A stretch of DNA of 64,000 nt from Longimicrobiales bacterium (GTDB lineage Bacteria > Gemmatimonadota > Gemmatimonadetes > Longimicrobiales > Gaopeijiaceae): assembly GCA_965219445.1 (NCBI GenBank), contig CBDCNQ010000005.1:1-64000 (forward strand). The letters are read 5' to 3'. Both the position numbers and the translations under genes were made by a program. Position 1 is the first letter of the stretch; the number at the start of each line of letters is the position of its first letter. The notes beneath the pieces are model-generated. The model saw only the letters and a list, made by a program, of their open reading frames with translations. It was not told where the DNA came from and did not search any database. Shown piece after piece: positions 58,277-64,000 of the stretch.

Positions 58277-60765
58277 ATAACCACATCGGTATCGACCTGG
58301 GCACCACGAACAGTGCGATCTGTTCATACGACGGCGACCTGACCCGCATCTGGAAGAGTCCAGAGCAGAATGATGTCACTCCGTCCGTGATCTATATCGA
58401 CCGGCGGGGTAACAAGTATGTCGGGAAGCGCGCGTACGACTCGGCGCCTCATAGCCCAGACAACGCGGCAATGCTTTTTAAACGCCTCATGGGTACCAGC
58501 ACACCCATCAAGTTGTCTGCCGTGGGCATCACCATGACTCCCGAGGAGTGTTCGGCGGAAATTCTCCGGGTGCTGTTTGGCTATCTGCCAGAGGAACTCC
58601 GCAACGACCCGCATGTAGGAACCGTCATCACCGTGCCCGCGGCGTTTAATCAGATGCAGAAGAACGCCACGATGCAGGCTGCGGAGCTCGCGGGCATCGG
58701 CCGGGTTGCGCTGATGCAGGAGCCTGTGGCGGCAGTCATGAGCGTTATGAAGGCACGCAACGCGGATGGCATCTTCGTTGTCTATGACCTTGGCGGAGGC
58801 ACGCTGGATATTGCATTGGCGGAGAGCCTTGGCGGTCGGATCAACCTGCTCGCGCATGGAGGCATTGCGATGTGCGGCGGGCGAGACTTCGACCGCCTGA
58901 TCGTCGACAACGTCATCAAACCCTGGTTGTTCGAGAATTTCGACCTGCCCGAAGACTTGTCGACCAAACCAGACTACAAGTCGTTGTTACGACTGGCGGC
59001 GTGGGCGTCTGAGCAGGCAAAGATCGAGCTTTCCGCACGCGAGGAAGCAATCATCAGTCTGTCAGAAACGGAAGCCCGCGTTCGGGACCAGTCCAATCAG
59101 GACATCTATGTCGACATCGCGGTAGCTCGGAGCACCCTCGACAGCCTCGTTGAAGAAAAGGTCGGTGAATCAATCGAGGCAGCAAGGGAGACGCTCGCCA
59201 AGGCGGGACTCAGCCCTCATGACGTTGAACGTGTCGTCTTCATTGGTGGCCCTACCAATTACAAGCCGCTGCGTGACATGGTTTCGTTCGAGCTGGGGAT
59301 TCCTGCGAGCGCCGAAGTGAATCCTATGATGGCAGTCGCGGAGGGTGCCGCCCTTTTTGCGGAGTCCATCGACTGGCGCTCCGAGAACCGCGGCCGCAAG
59401 AGCAACCGCGGCAGGCTCGCTTCGACGGGAGCGCTTGACCTGACCTTCAACTACACAGCCCGTACGCCGGACTCGCGGGCGAAGATCGTCGTCCAGATCA
59501 GAGGTGAAGTCATGCCGGGGGCCGAGTTCCAGGTTGACAGCCTGGATACCGGCTGGACGTCCGGTCGGCTTTCTCTGAAAGACGGTGCGGCCGTCGATGT
59601 ATCCCTGTCAAAGAGTGGAGAGAACGCTTTCAAGGTGTTCGTGTTCGATTATGCCGGTGGCCCGCTGGCGCTCGAGCAGGACAAGATCGTCATTACACGG
59701 ACCGCGGCGACAGTCGATGCTATTCCCGCGTCCCACTCGATTGGGATCGCAGTCCTCGAGAAGCTAGGGGGCTCCCCAACCATCGAATGGCTTGTACGGG
59801 AGGGAGACCAGTTGCCGAAGAAAGGCACCACCATTTTCAAGGCGGGTGAGTCATTGAAGGCCGGTAGCCCCGGCTCTCTCAACTTCAAATTGTTGGAAGG
59901 CGAAAGCGACGATCCTTCTGACAATCGGTTTATTGGACTCCTAAAGATCACCGGTAGCGATTTCGACGATGGAGTGATCCTCGCCGGCGGCGATCTTCAA
60001 TGCGACTTCGAGATGCTCGACTCCGGGAACATCGTATTGGAGGTTTCCGTCGAGAGCATTGGGGGGACATTCCATTCCGGAAGGAACTTCTACTCTCGCC
60101 AGGAGGGGCAGATTGACTTCAGCAGCGAATCGGCACGAGTCAGAGAAGAGGGTGAGCGGACGCTTCAGCGCCTCGAGGCAATCAATGATGTTGTCGACGA
60201 TCCGAAGCTAGAGAAGGCGCGCAGGAAGCTAGCGGCATCATCGCAGCTAGATCCGGACGAACCCGATACCGAACGTGCCCAAGAGGCCATGGAAGGAGTC
60301 GTTGAGGCACGTCACTTATTAGCACAGGTGCGCAAAGATAATCTCAAAGATATCCGACAAATGGAGCTGGACAGCGTCAGAGAATTCTTCAATGAACATA
60401 TCCGCCAGTTCGCGCGTCAAAGCGAGGAACACGCATTCGGCAACTTGGTTCGAACAGCTCAGCGGTCCATCGACCGGAACGACAAGGATTTCGAAAGCCA
60501 CCTGAACGAACTCAAGGGCAATAACTTCGATATTCTTTGGCGGACAGACTGGTTCGTCTTGGAGAAATTCAAGTGGATGCAGTCGTCGCCTCACCAATTC
60601 TCGGACCCGGCTCGGTTCAAGGAGCTGGTGGCAATCGGAATGAGGTCTCTCCAGAACGATGACATCGATGGACTGCGGCAAGTCGTCGGGCACCTTTGGC
60701 AGATTCAGATAGATACCGGATCAGATACCGATATGATCGACATCGTGAACATCATTCGGGAGTAG
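58273..60765 (+). CDS. Specialised Hsp70-family protein (830 aa), not housekeeping DnaK
   Basis: GIDLGTTNS, TPSV, VITVPAAF, QEPVAA, YDLGGGTLD, GGRDFD, FIGGPT; atypical insert and C-terminal half. Confidence 0.95.
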   Translation: MNNHIGIDLGTTNSAICSYDGDLTRIWKSPEQNDVTPSVIYIDRRGNKYVGKRAYDSAPHSPDNAAMLFKRLMGTSTPIKLSAVGITMTPEECSAEILRVLFGYLPEELRNDPHVGTVITVPAAFNQMQKNATMQAAELAGIGRVALMQEPVAAVMSVMKARNADGIFVVYDLGGGTLDIALAESLGGRINLLAHGGIAMCGGRDFDRLIVDNVIKPWLFENFDLPEDLSTKPDYKSLLRLAAWASEQAKIELSAREEAIISLSETEARVRDQSNQDIYVDIAVARSTLDSLVEEKVGESIEAARETLAKAGLSPHDVERVVFIGGPTNYKPLRDMVSFELGIPASAEVNPMMAVAEGAALFAESIDWRSENRGRKSNRGRLASTGALDLTFNYTARTPDSRAKIVVQIRGEVMPGAEFQVDSLDTGWTSGRLSLKDGAAVDVSLSKSGENAFKVFVFDYAGGPLALEQDKIVITRTAATVDAIPASHSIGIAVLEKLGGSPTIEWLVREGDQLPKKGTTIFKAGESLKAGSPGSLNFKLLEGESDDPSDNRFIGLLKITGSDFDDGVILAGGDLQCDFEMLDSGNIVLEVSVESIGGTFHSGRNFYSRQEGQIDFSSESARVREEGERTLQRLEAINDVVDDPKLEKARRKLAASSQLDPDEPDTERAQEAMEGVVEARHLLAQVRKDNLKDIRQMELDSVREFFNEHIRQFARQSEEHAFGNLVRTAQRSIDRNDKDFESHLNELKGNNFDILWRTDWFVLEKFKWMQSSPHQFSDPARFKELVAIGMRSLQNDDIDGLRQVVGHLWQIQIDTGSDTDMIDIVNIIRE

Positions 60766-60767
60766 CC

Positions 60768-62159
60768 ATGGCGAACGAGCGCTGGTTTCCGGCAAAGCAA
60801 GAGCTGCCTGACGGATCCAGGCTCGGCCGACTCTTGCATAGCGATTTCGATTGGCAGATTTACCGACTGGACAAGGAAAACTCGATACTGATCGTGCGGA
60901 GCAGTCTCGCGGACCGGTGGGTCGAATCTAAGCTCTTGCCCGACACGGTGTTGGGCTCATTCTCGTTTGGCAAAGAGGATTACATGGCAATATTCTCGGG
61001 GCCTGGGCAGAGACTTGAACCCGTTGCAGCGAGTGGCTCTCCGGACACCAAAGCGGACGGACTATCATTCGCGCTCAGTCTGCGCGAAACACGGAAGATC
61101 GGCGCGGAAGTACCGCTCCACGATGCGATATATGTCGAGCGCTATTCCCGGCTTCTTCCGACCTGGACAGTGTCCGAGGGGAGCTCGGATGACGAGATCC
61201 TGGGACGATGGCTGACTGGTGGAGTGGCTATACCCGCAACGTCGTTTCGTCGCCTGTCGAGCCTCCTGGGATGGCTTGGCAAACATGACGTAGCGGAGCT
61301 AGTCCAGGCTGCAGGATTCAGCGCCCCGATGGCAACAACCGCTTCGGAAGAAGAGACGAAACCATCCGTTCATCACCAGAAGTTTCACTTGTCGGGACGT
61401 CCGGTCCTCGAGACATTCTTCAACGAGCACGTTATCGACATTGTCGAAAACGCGGAACGGTACACAGCGCTTGGGATTGAATTTCCCACTGCCATCCTCC
61501 TACACGGACCACCAGGCTGCGGAAAGACTTTTGCCGTCGAGCGGCTGGTCGAGTACTTGGACTGGCCGATCTTCTATATCAATGCTAAGAGTGTGGGCAG
61601 CCCGTACATTCACGAGACCAGCAGGAAGGTTGGCGAGATCTTTGATAGGGCAATGGACGCGGCCCCATCGATGATCGTGATCGATGAGATGGAGTCCTAC
61701 CTCTCCGACCGACAGATCCACGAGTCCACTGGCCTGCACCATGTAGAAGAAGTTGCGGAATTCTTGCGGCGCATTCCGGAAGCAAACAAGCGCCATGTGC
61801 TCGTTATCGGTATGACCAACCGGCTGGATATGATCGACTCCGCCATTCGTCGAAGAGGCCGATTCGATCATGTTGTCGAAGTTGGGATGCCCTCTGCCAC
61901 AGAGGTTTCCGATCTTATTGACTCGTTGTTGGCCAAGGTGCCCATCGAAGGCGAGATAGACACGGGCGACATTGTTAAGTCATTAACCGGGATCGCGTTG
62001 TCGGACACTGCTTTTGTTGTCCGTGAGGCGGCACGACTGGCCGCACACGCCGGGAAAAGTGCTCTGGATGATGAGTCGTTGCGGCAGGCACTCGCGGGTC
62101 TCCCGGCACCCGAACCCAAGAAGCGACCCACCGTCGTCGTGCCCTATAGCACGGATTAG
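60768..62159 (+). CDS. Classic-clade AAA+ ATPase with uncharacterised N-terminal domain
   Basis: GPPGCGKT, SPYIHE pore loop, IVIDEME, MTNRLDMIDSAIRRRGRFD. Confidence 0.9.
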   Translation: MANERWFPAKQELPDGSRLGRLLHSDFDWQIYRLDKENSILIVRSSLADRWVESKLLPDTVLGSFSFGKEDYMAIFSGPGQRLEPVAASGSPDTKADGLSFALSLRETRKIGAEVPLHDAIYVERYSRLLPTWTVSEGSSDDEILGRWLTGGVAIPATSFRRLSSLLGWLGKHDVAELVQAAGFSAPMATTASEEETKPSVHHQKFHLSGRPVLETFFNEHVIDIVENAERYTALGIEFPTAILLHGPPGCGKTFAVERLVEYLDWPIFYINAKSVGSPYIHETSRKVGEIFDRAMDAAPSMIVIDEMESYLSDRQIHESTGLHHVEEVAEFLRRIPEANKRHVLVIGMTNRLDMIDSAIRRRGRFDHVVEVGMPSATEVSDLIDSLLAKVPIEGEIDTGDIVKSLTGIALSDTAFVVREAARLAAHAGKSALDDESLRQALAGLPAPEPKKRPTVVVPYSTD

Positions 62160-62162
62160 GCC

Positions 62163-63818
62163 GTGGAGTTGCTGACAAACCCTTTCTTTACGCTTGGCGC
62201 CACGATGCGTGACGACAAGCGTCGCATCATGGACCTGGCAGAAGAGAAGAGCCTGGTCTGTGATGAGGCCGCCGTGCGTGACGCGACGGCGGTGCTGACC
62301 CATCCGAGATGGCGTCTCGCAGCCGAGATTGGTTGGCTGCCCGGACTTGGGCCCAAACGCATTTCGAAGGCGATATCAATCCTAGAACGGAAGCCGGCGA
62401 AAGTACGAGGCCTAAGTAATCTGCCGAGCCTTGCTCGCGCCAACCTCCTCGCTGACGGGCTGATTCGAGTCGTCGAGCAGCTGCCCAAGCGCGAGGTCGT
62501 GCGGTGGATCGTTGAGCTCGCCGACGCACATGACGATATCGAAGCCGGGCACACCGTCGCCTTGTTGAACGAGGAGCGGTCGGTCGCTGGCTTCCCGGCC
62601 ATCTCGGATCTGCAAATAGTCGATAAGGAGCTTAAAGATCGGCGTCAATACTACAAGAAAGCGATCAAGAGAGCGCTCGATCAGCTACCTGCCCGCTCGC
62701 TCGCTGACGTCGTGACAATAGCACTCGACGAGGCAACCGATAATGGGGACAGTCAGGCGCCAATCCTGATCGACGACCTGGTAGATAGCTTTGAAGTCGA
62801 AGCGCAGGGCTTTCTCGAGACGGAAACGAAGAATATCGCAGTTCTGGTGCAGGGCGTGCGAAGTGCTGCTGAGCGTGATGAAGGCCATAAGCACATCGGT
62901 CGCCTTGTCTCGCAGCTCGAGGAGGTTGTTAAGAACTGGGACCGGGTTGCCCAGCCAATCCAGGTGAGCGCTCGTCATCGTGGTACCAGTCACGGCCTGA
63001 GTCATGAGGTCGCTAGAGAGATAAGAAGCGTTGCGGTTGACCTGTTCAACGAACATGGCCTCCTCGATATCTCCAAGAGACTGACGGCACTTCAGCAGGA
63101 GGTGTTTGCCGAGGTCGACAAAGTCGTAGAGCAATCGGAAGAGGACGCCGCCGCGCTCGATGAGATCGCTGAGCAGAGATCGCAGCTTCTCGCCAAAATG
63201 GAGGCGCGGGCTGAGTCATGGAAAAGGGAGATGACCTATGAAGCTCACGTCGGCGTAATGTTCAAAGACAAGCTTAGAATCTCACCGGATGGGGTCCAGT
63301 GGAAGGGTTCGAAGATCCCACTGGAAGAGATCAAGCGAGTGCGTTGGGGTGGTACCAGGCATTCCGTGAATGGAATTCCAACGGGTACGACATACAACAT
63401 ATTCGTTGGGGGTGAGAGGGGCGGCACGACTATCGAGCTCAGAAAGCAGCAGATCTACTCGGAGTTTGTCGACCGCCTCTGGAAGACGGCGGGTGTGCGT
63501 CTCCTGACGGAGATGCTTGAGGGGCTTCGTGCCGGAAAGCGCTACAGGTTTGGAACGGCTATCGTAACCGATTATGGTGTTGAACTACAAAGGCGCAAGC
63601 TCTTCTCGGCAAACAAACTGGTGCCGTATAAATGGACGGACCTAGTCATTGGGAACGGTGCCGGCACGTTCTACATCGCCAAGGCAGACGAAAAGAAGGT
63701 CACGGTGGAATTGCCGTATCAGGAAATGGACAACGTCCACATCCTGGAGGCAGCGATGCGCGTCTTGTGGAAGAGCGCGAGTCCCCGGTTGAGTGATTTG
63801 CTGGATAAGGCGAACTAG
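62163..63818 (+). CDS. Hypothetical protein with degenerate J-domain-like N-terminus, helical middle and PH-like C-terminus
   Basis: NPFFTLGA...A.AVLTHPRWRL pattern without HPD; C-terminal beta-rich repeats. Confidence 0.55.
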   Translation: MELLTNPFFTLGATMRDDKRRIMDLAEEKSLVCDEAAVRDATAVLTHPRWRLAAEIGWLPGLGPKRISKAISILERKPAKVRGLSNLPSLARANLLADGLIRVVEQLPKREVVRWIVELADAHDDIEAGHTVALLNEERSVAGFPAISDLQIVDKELKDRRQYYKKAIKRALDQLPARSLADVVTIALDEATDNGDSQAPILIDDLVDSFEVEAQGFLETETKNIAVLVQGVRSAAERDEGHKHIGRLVSQLEEVVKNWDRVAQPIQVSARHRGTSHGLSHEVAREIRSVAVDLFNEHGLLDISKRLTALQQEVFAEVDKVVEQSEEDAAALDEIAEQRSQLLAKMEARAESWKREMTYEAHVGVMFKDKLRISPDGVQWKGSKIPLEEIKRVRWGGTRHSVNGIPTGTTYNIFVGGERGGTTIELRKQQIYSEFVDRLWKTAGVRLLTEMLEGLRAGKRYRFGTAIVTDYGVELQRRKLFSANKLVPYKWTDLVIGNGAGTFYIAKADEKKVTVELPYQEMDNVHILEAAMRVLWKSASPRLSDLLDKAN

Positions 63819-64000
63819 CAACGTCCAGGCGAGTTGATGAGGATTCGGTGAGCGACGGGAAAGGGAAAAGGGGATTCTCTGGACTGTCGTCCCTCGCGTC
63901 GGACGTCGACGAGACCGTAGGGGATTCGACGCGCCGGAAGGTCCAGGGGGAAAAGCCTGCCGCCCGAGGGCAAGGCAAGGATGAGAAACAACCGCACCCG

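Noticed and set aside
58273..60765. Housekeeping dnaK
   Set aside because: Too long, divergent C-terminal half, no canonical dnaJ or hrcA, and accessory context.

Overview
This 64 kb window is almost entirely mobile or accessory DNA. It comes from a high-GC bacterium; the lipoprotein-Ig-LRR-peptidase cargo suggests a host-associated lineage such as a sponge symbiont, which is inference only. Positions 1 to about 39.8 kb are a decaying integrative conjugative element (ICE). It carries alpA, virB2-3-4-9-10-5-6-8, a winged-helix protein, a coupling protein, virB11, ardC, a Replic_Relax-like gene, an xis-like gene and a tyrosine integrase, and it ends at a 3' tRNA fragment. Smaller elements with P4-type integrases have inserted into its core genes. 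One splits virB11 (7-bp direct repeat) and carries a C5-MTase/putative REase/Vsr cluster, an Eco1-like acetyltransferase and an OB-fold-like protein. One splits the ICE integrase (14-bp direct repeat) and carries a TonB-dependent receptor. A probable third truncates ardC. These elements carry ColE1-type oriT-like motifs with decayed mob genes, and a highly structured ~250-bp non-coding element occurs three times. Positions 41.8-49.3 kb are mostly IS3 and IS256 remnants. Positions 49.6-64 kb look like a defence or stress island: a TIR/NDT-like protein; a ubiquitin-like operon (Ubl with no C-terminal Gly, Cys-free E2, JAB-E1 fusion) divergent from an ECF-like sigma factor and partner gene; another integrase; a FitAB/VapBC toxin-antitoxin pair; and a GrpE-like/Hsp70/AAA+/J-like operon running off the right edge. 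The ubiquitin-like operon and the Hsp70 operon are the best candidates for poorly described systems. All calls come from motif recognition by eye; no searches were run.
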